Numbered from the stretch's first letter, positions 55,499 through 64,000 are shown. The stretch: DNA of 64,000 bases from Candidatus Omnitrophota bacterium (GCA_029261065.1 JAJDCB010000022.1:443-64442); one strand, 5' to 3'. Translations and numbers: made by a program. Notes: a model not told the origin generated them from the sequence alone.

Positions 55499-56305
55499 AT
55501 GGATTTTAATGAAGAACAATTAGAGCGTTATAGCCGTCATATCATTTTGCAAGATGTGAGTATTGAAGGTCAGCAGAAGATTATGGAAGGTAAGGTGCTT
55601 ATTATAGGAATGGGAGGCTTAGGTGCGCCTGTTGCTCTTTATTTAGCCGCCGCTGGTGTTGGGACGCTTGGGCTCGTTGATGGTGATGTTGTTGATTTAA
55701 GTAATTTGCAACGACAAGTCATTCATTTTACGCCTGATGTTGGAAAGCCAAAGGTTCTTTCTGCTAAAGAGAAGATTGCTCAAATTAATCCGGATGTTAA
55801 GGTTGTTACGCATCAAGAGTTAGCTTTGGCTAACAATATTGCTGATTTAATTAAGGACTATGATTTCATTATTGATGGAACGGATAACTTTCCTGCCAAG
55901 TTTTTAGTGAACGATGCTTGCGTGTTTGGCAAAAAGCCATTTTCACATGGGGGTATTTTAAGATTTGATGGACAAACCATGACGCATGTTCCAGGGGAAG
56001 CCTGTTATCGATGTGTTTTTGGTTTTGCGCCACCCTTAAATGCTGTTCCGTCATGTTCACAAGCAGGTGTTCTTGGAGCGATTGCCGGAATGCTTGGAAC
56101 GATTCAAGCAACCGAAGCGCTTAAGTTTTTAGTCGGTAAAGGAGAGTTGTTAACCAATCGGTTGTTAGTTTTTAATGCGTTAAACATGAATTTTAGAACA
56201 GTGAATTTGAAAAAAAATGCGAACTGCCCTGTGTGTGGAGACAATCCTTCGATTACGGAGTTGAGGGATGAGGAGCAGAAGGCTTGTGATATTACGCAGA
56301 GGTAA
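55499..56305 (+). CDS. ThiF/MoeB/HesA-family E1-like adenylyltransferase with a C-terminal zinc tetrad
   Basis: Nucleotide-binding GMGGLGAPVALYLAAAGVG. CxxC...CxxC (CYRC, CPVC). Confidence 0.85.
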   Translation: MDFNEEQLERYSRHIILQDVSIEGQQKIMEGKVLIIGMGGLGAPVALYLAAAGVGTLGLVDGDVVDLSNLQRQVIHFTPDVGKPKVLSAKEKIAQINPDVKVVTHQELALANNIADLIKDYDFIIDGTDNFPAKFLVNDACVFGKKPFSHGGILRFDGQTMTHVPGEACYRCVFGFAPPLNAVPSCSQAGVLGAIAGMLGTIQATEALKFLVGKGELLTNRLLVFNALNMNFRTVNLKKNANCPVCGDNPSITELRDEEQKACDITQR

Positions 56306-56325
56306 AGTAGGTAAAGGGAAGCAAT

Positions 56326-56451
56326 AATCAAGTTACAAGTTACAAGTTACAAAAAATAATCAAAAACCAGACAACAACAATAACCAAACATTTGGTTATT
56401 TGTAATTGGTCATTGTTTCTTTTTTGTAACTTGTATCTTGTAACTTGTACC
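56326..56451. repeat. MITE-like 126-nt imperfect palindrome, copy B, with three tandem caagtta heptamers in the left arm and a central perfect hairpin aataaccaaa-cat-tttggttatt
   Basis: Left and right arms are diverged reverse complements of each other. Fills the thiF-like / JAMM intergenic region. Confidence 0.6.
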
Positions 56452-56471
56452 TTCTGCGAGGTAATTAAATT

Positions 56472-56867
56472 ATGAAAATTCAAAAACAAATTTTAGACAA
56501 TATTATTAAGCACGCCAAAACCGGCTTGCCTTTAGAAATTTGCGGTTATCTCGCATCAAAAGACGGCGTGGTTATCAAGCATTACGAGCTTACCAACATT
56601 GATCAAAGCGAAGAGCATTTTTCTTTTGATCCAGCAGAACAATTTGCCACCGTTAAAGATGCTCGGGCCAATGGATTAGAATTATCAGCTGTTTATCACA
56701 GTCATCCTGTTACACCCGCGAGGCCATCACAAGAAGATATCAAGTTGGCGTATGATCCAAACATTAGTTATGTGATTGTTTCTATGGCTGAGCGAGAAGG
56801 TGATGTGAAGTCGTTTAAGATTCGTGAGGGTGTTGTTGAGAAGGAAGAGATTGAGGTTGTTAGTTAA
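56472..56867 (+). CDS. JAMM/MPN+ metalloprotease (Mec+/HcyD-like)
   Basis: EICGYL plus JAMM motif HSHPvtparpSqeD (H-x-H-x7-S-x2-D). Confidence 0.85.
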   Translation: MKIQKQILDNIIKHAKTGLPLEICGYLASKDGVVIKHYELTNIDQSEEHFSFDPAEQFATVKDARANGLELSAVYHSHPVTPARPSQEDIKLAYDPNISYVIVSMAEREGDVKSFKIREGVVEKEEIEVVS

Positions 56868-56890
56868 TATTTGCTGTTTGACTCTTATGG

Positions 56891-56912
56891 GATCCCCGCT
56901 TCCGCGGGGACG
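56891..56912 (+). terminator. GC-rich hairpin tccccgc-ttcc-gcgggga after the JAMM gene (same family as 45916 and 55401)
   Basis: Perfect 7-bp stem. No strong T-run, so it is a terminator or REP-like element. Confidence 0.35.
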
Positions 56913-57013
56913 ACACTTTAAATTTTACTTGAAGTATATATATTATTTGCTATACTTTAAATAAGTTAAAAATAAACTTATTTAAGGGGTAATCCTTTAA
57001 TTGGAGAATTCAT

Positions 57014-59473
57014 ATGATTAAGAAATCAGCTAATGCATTAAAGACTCATACGTTACCAGATAATCTAGGTGATGAAATAAACGTGCTTGAAACTTATGTT
57101 GAGAGGTTTAAGAAAGATGACCTTTCCTTAATGGAATTTAAAGTTCAGCGCGTTCCATTTGGTGTCTATGAGCAACGTAAAAAAGACACTTATATGATTC
57201 GTATTCGTTGTGCAGGTGCCTGTGTTCGCCCTGACCAACTTAAAAAAATTGCAGAGATTTCTCAAGTTCATGGAGCTGATTACATCCATTTAACGTCTCG
57301 CCAAGAAATCCAATTACATTATGTTTTAGTTGATAGTATTGTTCCTGTTATGTGGGAACTTAAAGCCGCTGATTTGGCTTCTCGTGGAGGAGGAGGAAAT
57401 ACGGTTCGAAATATTATGGCTCAAGAAGATGCTGGTATCGCCGAAGATGAGGCTTTTGATGTAACGCCTTATGCCATTGAGTTAACGTCACGTTTAGTTG
57501 TAGAGCCGGATTCTTGGAACTTACCAAGAAAGTTTAAGTTTGCTTTCTCTGGATCTTCCGATGATCGCGGTTATGCAACTCTTCATGATGTTGGTTACAT
57601 CGCCAAAATCAAAGACGGTGTAAAAGGTTTTACTGTTTATGTCGCTGGAGGAATGGGAGCAAAAGCGATGTTAGGAAATCTTTTGTTTGATTTTATTCCT
57701 GATACGGAAGTTTACAATGTTGCTAAGGCCACAAAAAATCTTTTTTACAAAAATGGTAATAGAAAAAATAAACATGCCTCACGCCTACGTTTTTTGTGGA
57801 AACAATTAGGTGGAGATGAGTTTAAACGTATCTTTTTTGAAGAATACGAAGCTGTAAAGAAAGAAAACTATCTACCTCTAGCTGTAAAAGATATTGATAA
57901 TGTTGGTATTGACCCGAATTCGGATATTGAACAACCAGCGGATCAAAAAGACTATGAGTTGTGGAAAAAGCGTTTTGTTCAATCACAAAGACAAGAAGGG
58001 CTTAATGCGATTATTTTACCTATTCATTTAGGTCATGTTGATAATGACAAAGCGATTAAACTTGCTGAGTTTTTGATGCCATTTGGTGAAAACGTTATCC
58101 GTATTCGAAAAGATCAAAACTTTTTGATCAGAAATATTATGGATAAATATCTACCGAATCTTTATAACATGTTGAAAGATACATTTGATAACTTTAATAG
58201 ACCATTTATCATTGATAAAGTTTTAGCCTGTGCCGGTGCCTCAACATGCCAATTGGGTATTTGTTTATCACCTGGAGCAGCTACTGCAACCAAAAGATAT
58301 TTAGAAACTTGTGATCTTGATTTGGATGCGGTTTCAGATGCCAAAGTTAACATCTCAGGATGTCCAAACTCTTGTGGTCAGCACCATGTGGCTGATTTAG
58401 GTTTCTTTGGAAAGGTAGCGCGCCGAGGAGATAAGGTTCATCCAGCATATAATGTCTTAGTCGGTTCTCTTGTCAAAGAAGGCGAAACCGAATTTGCTCA
58501 AAAAGTAGGAGAGATTGCCGCACGCGATATGCCTTTTATTACAAAAGCTGTTTTTAAATCTTATTTAGGAAAAAGAGCGAAATACGAAACCTTTAGAGAT
58601 TATATGCGTAGTGATGAAGGTAAAGAAGACGTAAAAGCTCTTTGTGTGAAATATAAATCGGACATTCCTGATTATGAAGTGGATAAAAATTATTATCTTG
58701 ATTGGGGAACTGATAAAACGTTTTCAGTAGCTGAACGTGGTAAGGGTGAATGTTCAGCCGGGATTTTTGATTTGATTGAAAGTGATTTAGGTCACATTCA
58801 ACAAGCCAAAAAACTTCTTGAGGAAATTAATGAAAATGGTGGTGATATTGGGCAAAAGCAAACGCTGTTAAGAGACGTCATTTATTATAGCGCTCGAATC
58901 CTTTTGATTTCAAAGGCGCTTGAGCCGCAGAATGAAAAAGAAGTTTACAGTTATTTCCGTGAGCATTTTATCAATACGGGATTAATTGCTGCTTCCTTTG
59001 ATGAGATCATTAAATTAGCGGAAGCCGGAGATTTTAAGACGTTGATCGAAAAAGAAGATCAAGTGTTTGCCTTGGCAGATCGTCTTAAATACCTTTATGA
59101 TGTCATGGATAGTGCCTTTCGATATAAACTTAAAGAGGGCGACAGTCTTCATAACGATAAGGTTGATTTTATTCCTGTGGTCCATCAAGCGGCAAGTGCG
59201 TCTGCCAAAGCTAAGACAGCCTCAACGACAGCAACAAAAACCGCAGATCCTGCTTTAGTCAAAGATTTTCGAGGCGTGGGTTGTCCAATGAACTTTGTGA
59301 AGACAAAGATGGAGTTGGCAAAACTCAAGTCTAAAGATATTCTTGAAATATGGTTAGACGATGGCCAACCGATTGAAAATGTCCCTGGTTCCGTTCGTGA
59401 AGAAGGGCATACTGTTTTAGAACAACAAAAGACGGATGAAGGTTATTGGTCCGTTGTTATAGAGAAGCAATAA
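57014..59473 (+). CDS. Sulfite/nitrite reductase-family siroheme-[4Fe-4S] enzyme fused to a C-terminal TusA-like sulfur-carrier domain
   Basis: NIR_SIR ferredoxin-like and 4Fe-4S modules with Cys clusters CAGASTCQLGIC and SGCPNSCGQHH. The C-terminal 70 aa (FRGVGCPMNFVKTKMELAKL...WSVVIEK) match the TusA CPxP-type motif. Confidence 0.8.
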   Translation: MIKKSANALKTHTLPDNLGDEINVLETYVERFKKDDLSLMEFKVQRVPFGVYEQRKKDTYMIRIRCAGACVRPDQLKKIAEISQVHGADYIHLTSRQEIQLHYVLVDSIVPVMWELKAADLASRGGGGNTVRNIMAQEDAGIAEDEAFDVTPYAIELTSRLVVEPDSWNLPRKFKFAFSGSSDDRGYATLHDVGYIAKIKDGVKGFTVYVAGGMGAKAMLGNLLFDFIPDTEVYNVAKATKNLFYKNGNRKNKHASRLRFLWKQLGGDEFKRIFFEEYEAVKKENYLPLAVKDIDNVGIDPNSDIEQPADQKDYELWKKRFVQSQRQEGLNAIILPIHLGHVDNDKAIKLAEFLMPFGENVIRIRKDQNFLIRNIMDKYLPNLYNMLKDTFDNFNRPFIIDKVLACAGASTCQLGICLSPGAATATKRYLETCDLDLDAVSDAKVNISGCPNSCGQHHVADLGFFGKVARRGDKVHPAYNVLVGSLVKEGETEFAQKVGEIAARDMPFITKAVFKSYLGKRAKYETFRDYMRSDEGKEDVKALCVKYKSDIPDYEVDKNYYLDWGTDKTFSVAERGKGECSAGIFDLIESDLGHIQQAKKLLEEINENGGDIGQKQTLLRDVIYYSARILLISKALEPQNEKEVYSYFREHFINTGLIAASFDEIIKLAEAGDFKTLIEKEDQVFALADRLKYLYDVMDSAFRYKLKEGDSLHNDKVDFIPVVHQAASASAKAKTASTTATKTADPALVKDFRGVGCPMNFVKTKMELAKLKSKDILEIWLDDGQPIENVPGSVREEGHTVLEQQKTDEGYWSVVIEKQ

Positions 59474-59505
59474 TAAAAGTTATGTAGGTACCTATTTTTT
59501 TTGAA

Positions 59506-59826
59506 ATGGTATTTTTTCTAAAATACAAATCCATTAATGCGCAACAAGCAAAGAAGCTGCTTGATGAGAATCAAATAACATTAGTGGATACTCGCGAGCA
59601 TGAATCTTACCAAAAGTCTCATATTCCTGGGGCGATACATATTCACGATAATAATATTCATCAGCTGGATAGTTCAATAGATAAGACAAAGCCTATCCTT
59701 TGTTATTGTTATAAAGGAAAGGGAAGTCGATTAGTCTGCAAAAAATTATATAAGGCTGGGTTTCGCTTGGTATTTAACTTAAAGGGTGGATACGAGTCAT
59801 GGGAGATTGTATTTTCCACATTATGA
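59506..59826 (+). CDS. Single-domain rhodanese (sulfurtransferase)
   Basis: Rhodanese fold with the active-site loop CYCYKGKGS. The start may lie downstream of 59506. Confidence 0.7.
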   Translation: MVFFLKYKSINAQQAKKLLDENQITLVDTREHESYQKSHIPGAIHIHDNNIHQLDSSIDKTKPILCYCYKGKGSRLVCKKLYKAGFRLVFNLKGGYESWEIVFSTL

Positions 59827-61304
59827 AAAACACTAATAAACTCAAAAAGTACTATGCTAATATCGATTATATAAGATTGAATCCATTCTTTTTAATATTC
59901 TTTATTATTACCCTCTGGGCCTCCGTCAGCTTTGCAGACGCGGTTTACCTTCGACGAGGTGCTAAAATTATTGGAGAAATTGTTAGATATAACAATGAAG
60001 GCGTCAGCATTCAAGGGCAGGAAATTCTTTATTCTTATCCGTGGAATCATGTTGATCACATAGAGATTTTTTCTTTGAGGGATAAATTAAAGAAAAAGGA
60101 GCAGGTGCAGTTGTCTAAACATAAGGAAGATATTAGTCATTCAAAGAATCTTTATGCGCGAGCTCGTTCTTTAGTGAAAATACCAGCGCCGGGTTTTGGA
60201 CGCAAAACAAAATATTCCCTTTATGATCTTCAGAAGATTCTCTTGGGTTTTGATAAAGAAGACCCTCAAGTGTTGGCTTTATTGTTATTCAATTATGAGG
60301 CCATTGATTTATTTAAGAAAGCAATTGATCATTCGAGTGATAGGGATAGTGGGTACATTAGAAAGTTCCAACCGCTCTTTACTCTTCTTTTAATTCAAGC
60401 CCAAGATTATTTAGTGAATGGTCAAACAGCTAAGGCCGAGGAAAACTATAGATCTGCTGCTAAATTCATAAGGTTTCTTTGGCAAAGAGAAAATGCAAAA
60501 TATTCTTTCAATTCTTCTTCAATAAATGATCCAGCAACCTTGGACCGATGTCTCGATGATTTCTCACTCGAAATTTTGAAGGCCATGCAAGCCAATCAAC
60601 TGAGTAAAACATTTTATGAAAGCATTATCAAAGAATTGACAACGGTTAAAATTAGTGCAGAATCAGGAAAAATCCATCTGGCAGATGTATATCTTTATAC
60701 CGACAAGGAAATTAAAAAGGAAATGAGGGGTCTTGACCCGAGACTTTGGGACTCCGTTGAGGAGTACGCGCTCTTTTTTATGATCTTGGCAGATACGCCT
60801 CAACAGCAAAAAGAAATGAAAGAAGAGTTGCAAAGTTATTTTAAAGACCTTGATGCCAAAGATTCATCGGTATTTTTTCCAACATCAAACCACTATATTG
60901 CCGGTTCCATTCGCGCCTATTACCGTATTGCCGCAAAACATCACAATCTTTTATTGGCCGCAGCGATTCAAGCTTATCGAATGGAGTACAAAGATTTTCC
61001 GGAAAGCTTAAACGATTTGATTCCGAAATACCTGTCAGAGCTCCCGGTTGATCCATTTCGTAATTTTGAGCCAGTCACGTATTTAAAGAAGGAGAATGAT
61101 TTTTTACTCTACAGTATTGGACCTGATCTCATTGACCAAAAGGGGAAAATTGTGAGCCGTGATTATGGCAATGGTTGGGACAGTGTTGGTGATATTCTTT
61201 GGGGAAAAGATTATTCATTAAGAAGATTAGATACAAAGACAATCCCAGAAGAAGAGAAGGTCCCGGCAGATACTGTGCTTCCCGGCGGGCGCCGTACTCG
61301 CTAA
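59823..61304 (+). CDS. Membrane-anchored hypothetical protein with a C-terminal region resembling a type II secretion GspG-like pseudopilin domain
   Basis: ATGA overlap with the rhodanese gene. N-terminal TM. C-terminal VDPFRNFEPVTYLKKENDFLLYSIGPDLIDQKGK..GNGWDSVGDILW resembles the GspG DPW...Y.L.S.G.DG motif. Confidence 0.45.
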   Translation: MKNTNKLKKYYANIDYIRLNPFFLIFFIITLWASVSFADAVYLRRGAKIIGEIVRYNNEGVSIQGQEILYSYPWNHVDHIEIFSLRDKLKKKEQVQLSKHKEDISHSKNLYARARSLVKIPAPGFGRKTKYSLYDLQKILLGFDKEDPQVLALLLFNYEAIDLFKKAIDHSSDRDSGYIRKFQPLFTLLLIQAQDYLVNGQTAKAEENYRSAAKFIRFLWQRENAKYSFNSSSINDPATLDRCLDDFSLEILKAMQANQLSKTFYESIIKELTTVKISAESGKIHLADVYLYTDKEIKKEMRGLDPRLWDSVEEYALFFMILADTPQQQKEMKEELQSYFKDLDAKDSSVFFPTSNHYIAGSIRAYYRIAAKHHNLLLAAAIQAYRMEYKDFPESLNDLIPKYLSELPVDPFRNFEPVTYLKKENDFLLYSIGPDLIDQKGKIVSRDYGNGWDSVGDILWGKDYSLRRLDTKTIPEEEKVPADTVLPGGRRTR

Positions 61305-61351
61305 AACAGAATATTTTAATTAACAAATAGTATCAGAAGTGACCGTCACCT

Positions 61352-62377
61352 TTATTTAGAGTATTTTTTGATGAGAGTATCGATATCGGTTTGGTGAAGG
61401 TCTAAATCTTTTGTTTTAAGAAACTCTTCGGTATAGAGTTTGGAGAAGGAACGTTCTCCTAGATCACAGCTGAAAGTAACAATGCGTTTGCCTGGACCAT
61501 TTTCAATAGCAATTTTTAGGGCACCTGCAAGATTAAGAGCAGAGCTACTTCCTAATAAAATACCGTCGTGTTGTCTGACATATTGAGAGATGGTTACTAA
61601 GTCTTGATCGGGGAGGCTAAAGGCTTCATCAATCTGGGCTTTGGCAAAGTTAGCAACTAAACGCATAATCCCAATGCCTTCGGTGATCGATCCGCCTTCA
61701 GATTTAAATTCTTTGGTATGAACATAAGAGCAGAGTCCGGAACCACCTGGATCAACAAGAACGACTTTTAGGTTTGGTAGTTTTTCTTTAAGGAAAGAGG
61801 AGCAGCCTCCAATTGTGCCACCAGTTCCAGCGACGGAGACAAGATAATCAAGTTTTCCATCCGTTTGTTCCAAGATTTCAGGGCCAGTTCGTGTATAATG
61901 AGCTTTGTAGTTGCTTAAGTTTTCAAATTGATTCGCCCACCAGTATTTGTCAGAATCTTCTTCAGCTAAACGGCGAGCGGTGTGATAGAAATGGTTTTCG
62001 TTTTTAAAAGGGCAGGGATCAACCAATTTTAATTGGGCGCCATGAAGTTCGATCATACGTTGTTTTTCAATGGCTTGGTTGTTGGGCATAACGGCTAAGC
62101 AGTCATACCCTAAAGCCTTGGCCACTAAAGCGAGACCAATACCGGTGTTACCCGCTGTTCCTTCAACAATGGTCATACCTTTTTTTAGCTGACCAGACTC
62201 AATCGCATCAAGCGTCATTTGAAGGGCGGCGCGATCTTTAATGGAGCCACCGGGGTTTAGATGTTCGCATTTGACAAAGATGTCGCAACCAGTAAGTTCA
62301 CTAAGGGAAGGCACACGCAGTAACGGCGTGTTACCGATAAGTTCTGATAGATTTTTTGCTGGGGTGGATGTATTCAT
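61352..62377 (-). CDS. Cysteine synthase / cystathionine beta-synthase-family PLP enzyme (CysK/CysM-like)
   Basis: PALP motifs NPGGSIKDRAAL and GTAGNTGIGLA. Start set at the internal Met (62377) because the longest ORF (to 62443) would overlap the divergent gene start. Confidence 0.75.
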   Translation of the reverse strand: MNTSTPAKNLSELIGNTPLLRVPSLSELTGCDIFVKCEHLNPGGSIKDRAALQMTLDAIESGQLKKGMTIVEGTAGNTGIGLALVAKALGYDCLAVMPNNQAIEKQRMIELHGAQLKLVDPCPFKNENHFYHTARRLAEEDSDKYWWANQFENLSNYKAHYTRTGPEILEQTDGKLDYLVSVAGTGGTIGGCSSFLKEKLPNLKVVLVDPGGSGLCSYVHTKEFKSEGGSITEGIGIMRLVANFAKAQIDEAFSLPDQDLVTISQYVRQHDGILLGSSSALNLAGALKIAIENGPGKRIVTFSCDLGERSFSKLYTEEFLKTKDLDLHQTDIDTLIKKYSK

Positions 62378-62441
62378 AAGATTATGAATCAAAGTATATC
62401 TTGGAAGGGAAATCTGGTCAAGTTTATATTGAAAGGGGATC

Positions 62442-63233
62442 ATGGATAAATATCAGATTCTTGGAATTGTGCTTTTTACACTTATTCTTCTCGCGGAGAA
62501 CTTCTTTCCCTATAGAAAGCATTATAAGCACCGGATGCGACATTATGGACGTAACACTGTTTTATCAGCCGTGAATGGATTGATTATGGGATTGTCTGGG
62601 GCCTATATCACCGTGCATGTCTTTTTATGGGTGGCTGAGAATAAGATAGGAATGCTTAATCAATTTGAAGCCTCATTTGTTATTAAAGCTATCTTGGCTT
62701 TTTTGATCTTTGATGCGTGGACTTATTTCTGGCATCGGATCAATCATGTGATTCCTTTTCTGTGGCGATTTCATCGTGTGCACCACAATGATCCGGCGAT
62801 GGATGTTAGTACTGCGCTACGATTCCATCCAATCGAAATATTGTTATCAGCCATTATTAATCTCGGTATCATTGCGGCCTTTGGGATTCGCCTGGAGCAT
62901 CTCATCGTCTATAAACTTATTTTTCATACCAATGTTTTTTTCCATCACAGTAACGTCGCTATTTCTGATTCCGTTGATAAGATGTTACGTTACATCATCG
63001 TGACACCCAATATGCATAAAGTGCATCACTCCTGCAAACAAGAAGAAACAGATTCAAACTTTGCGAGTATTCTCTCATGGTGGGATCGTTTATTTGGTTC
63101 TTATTGTGAACGTGATCCAAAGTCGATTATATTTGGATTAGACTCTTATATGGAAGAGCGATGGCAAACCGTTAAGGGGTTGTTTAAGTTGCCGTTTGCA
63201 GGGCCTTGTAAGAAAAAAGAAGATAACGGTTAA
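62442..63233 (+). CDS. Fatty-acid hydroxylase / sterol-desaturase-family membrane di-iron enzyme
   Basis: Histidine boxes HRINH, HRVHHND and HKVHHS. Confidence 0.8.
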   Translation: MDKYQILGIVLFTLILLAENFFPYRKHYKHRMRHYGRNTVLSAVNGLIMGLSGAYITVHVFLWVAENKIGMLNQFEASFVIKAILAFLIFDAWTYFWHRINHVIPFLWRFHRVHHNDPAMDVSTALRFHPIEILLSAIINLGIIAAFGIRLEHLIVYKLIFHTNVFFHHSNVAISDSVDKMLRYIIVTPNMHKVHHSCKQEETDSNFASILSWWDRLFGSYCERDPKSIIFGLDSYMEERWQTVKGLFKLPFAGPCKKKEDNG

Positions 63234-63338
63234 TTTCGCAGAAAAAATTATTTTGACGAAATTCTTTCCTTTCCCTATAATGAGGACCTTCACACAAGGG
63301 AAATAACAAATCATTAATTACATTTAAGGAGCGATATT

Positions 63339-63974
63339 ATGGCTTTAAGATTAGGTGATACAGCGCCAGATTTCACGGCGGAAACAACAGAGGGGACTAT
63401 TAATTTTCATGAATGGTTGGGGACAAGTTGGGGTATTCTTTTTTCTCATCCTAAAGATTTCACGCCTGTGTGTACAACGGAGTTGGGTAAGGTTGCCAAG
63501 CTTAAAGGCGAGTTTGATAAAAGAGAGGTTAAAGTTATTGGGCTTAGTGTTGATAGTTTAGAGTCGCATCAAAAATGGGTGCCGGACATCAATGAAACAC
63601 AAGGGACAGCCGTTAACTTTCCTTTAATTGCGGATCCTGAAAGAAAGACAGCTATCCTTTATGATATGCTTGATCCTCAATCAGAAAATAATCTAACAGC
63701 ACGATCTGTTTATATTATTGGGCCTGATAAAAAAATTAAATTGATGATCGTATATCCTGCTTCAACAGGAAGAAATTTTGAAGAGGTTTTAAGGGCTATT
63801 GATTCCGTTCAATTAACAGCCAACTTTAGTGTCGCCACACCTGCGGATTGGAAAGATGGTGGAGAATGTATTATTGTTCCATCTGTGTCTGATGAAGATG
63901 CCCAAAAGAAATTTCCTAAAGGATTTAATCGGGTTAAGCCTTATCTTAGAACAACACCACAACCTAATCGGTAA
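63339..63974 (+). CDS. 1-Cys peroxiredoxin (Prx6-type)
   Basis: Peroxidatic Cys motif FTPVCTTE. N-terminal LGDTAPDF. Confidence 0.9.
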   Translation: MALRLGDTAPDFTAETTEGTINFHEWLGTSWGILFSHPKDFTPVCTTELGKVAKLKGEFDKREVKVIGLSVDSLESHQKWVPDINETQGTAVNFPLIADPERKTAILYDMLDPQSENNLTARSVYIIGPDKKIKLMIVYPASTGRNFEEVLRAIDSVQLTANFSVATPADWKDGGECIIVPSVSDEDAQKKFPKGFNRVKPYLRTTPQPNR

Positions 63975-64000
63975 TTTTTGATAAAAAGACAGAGATTCTG

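Noticed and set aside
53761-56867. Interpreting the ThiS-like/E1/JAMM trio purely as a bacterial ubiquitin-like protein-conjugation or anti-phage system
   Set aside because: Tight coupling to metY, a sulfite reductase-TusA fusion and a rhodanese fits a sulfur-carrier (thiocarboxylate) role better. No E2-like gene is present. The conjugation idea is kept only as a secondary possibility.
62442-62443. Divergent genes with overlapping start codons (61352..62443 minus and 62442..63233 plus)
   Set aside because: This is more likely a start-codon artefact. The minus gene probably starts at the internal Met at 62377, leaving a 65-nt divergent promoter region.

Overview
This is a 64 kb AT-rich (by eye roughly high-30s % GC) stretch of a Gram-negative bacterial chromosome. 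It is gene-dense, about 69 protein genes, of which all but 5 are on the + strand. Many genes overlap by 1-4 nt (ATGA/TAATG junctions), which points to operons. I see no rRNA, tRNA, CRISPR or transposase. The recognisable modules run as follows. (1) A multi-component phosphorelay: a hybrid HAMP-PAS-GAF histidine kinase with two receivers, an outer-membrane beta-barrel protein, a REC-kinase and a CheY-like receiver. (2) HxlR divergent from a GST, with twin palindromic operators between them. (3) A heavy-metal RND efflux operon (TolC-like, CusB-like with an HTCxMHP metal-binding domain, CusA/CzcA-like) led by a small Cys-rich secreted protein. (4) An ABC-2 exporter. (5) An ArsR - SRPBCC - FMN reductase - GST detox cluster, with the ArsR operator overlapping its own start codon. 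(6) A CHASE-only membrane protein immediately upstream of a CHASE-PAS histidine kinase. (7) A MarR-controlled lipid-modification operon resembling furan/methylated fatty-acid (UfaM/UfaD/UfaO-like) clusters: DUF1295, two CFA-synthase paralogs, an FAD oxidoreductase, DUF1365 and a chalcone-isomerase-like protein. (8) Two cspA-type cold-shock genes, each with a promoter and a hairpin in its leader; one is followed by a DEAD-box helicase. (9) Porin + FMN-binding protein + feo locus (a small Cys-rich FeoB-associated gene absent from the ORF track, feoA, feoA, feoB). (10) The stand-out system: a protein-thiocarboxylate sulfur-carrier cluster. It has a ThiS-like protein with a C-terminal extension past the Gly-Gly, an overlapping O-acetylhomoserine sulfhydrylase, a ThiF/MoeB-like E1, a JAMM/MPN+ protease, a sulfite reductase fused to a TusA domain, and a rhodanese. 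A divergent CysK/CysM-like enzyme sits nearby, and MITE-like palindromic repeats plus GC-rich hairpins flank the E1 gene. (11) Further structure: an interspersed hairpin family and a large imperfect palindrome.
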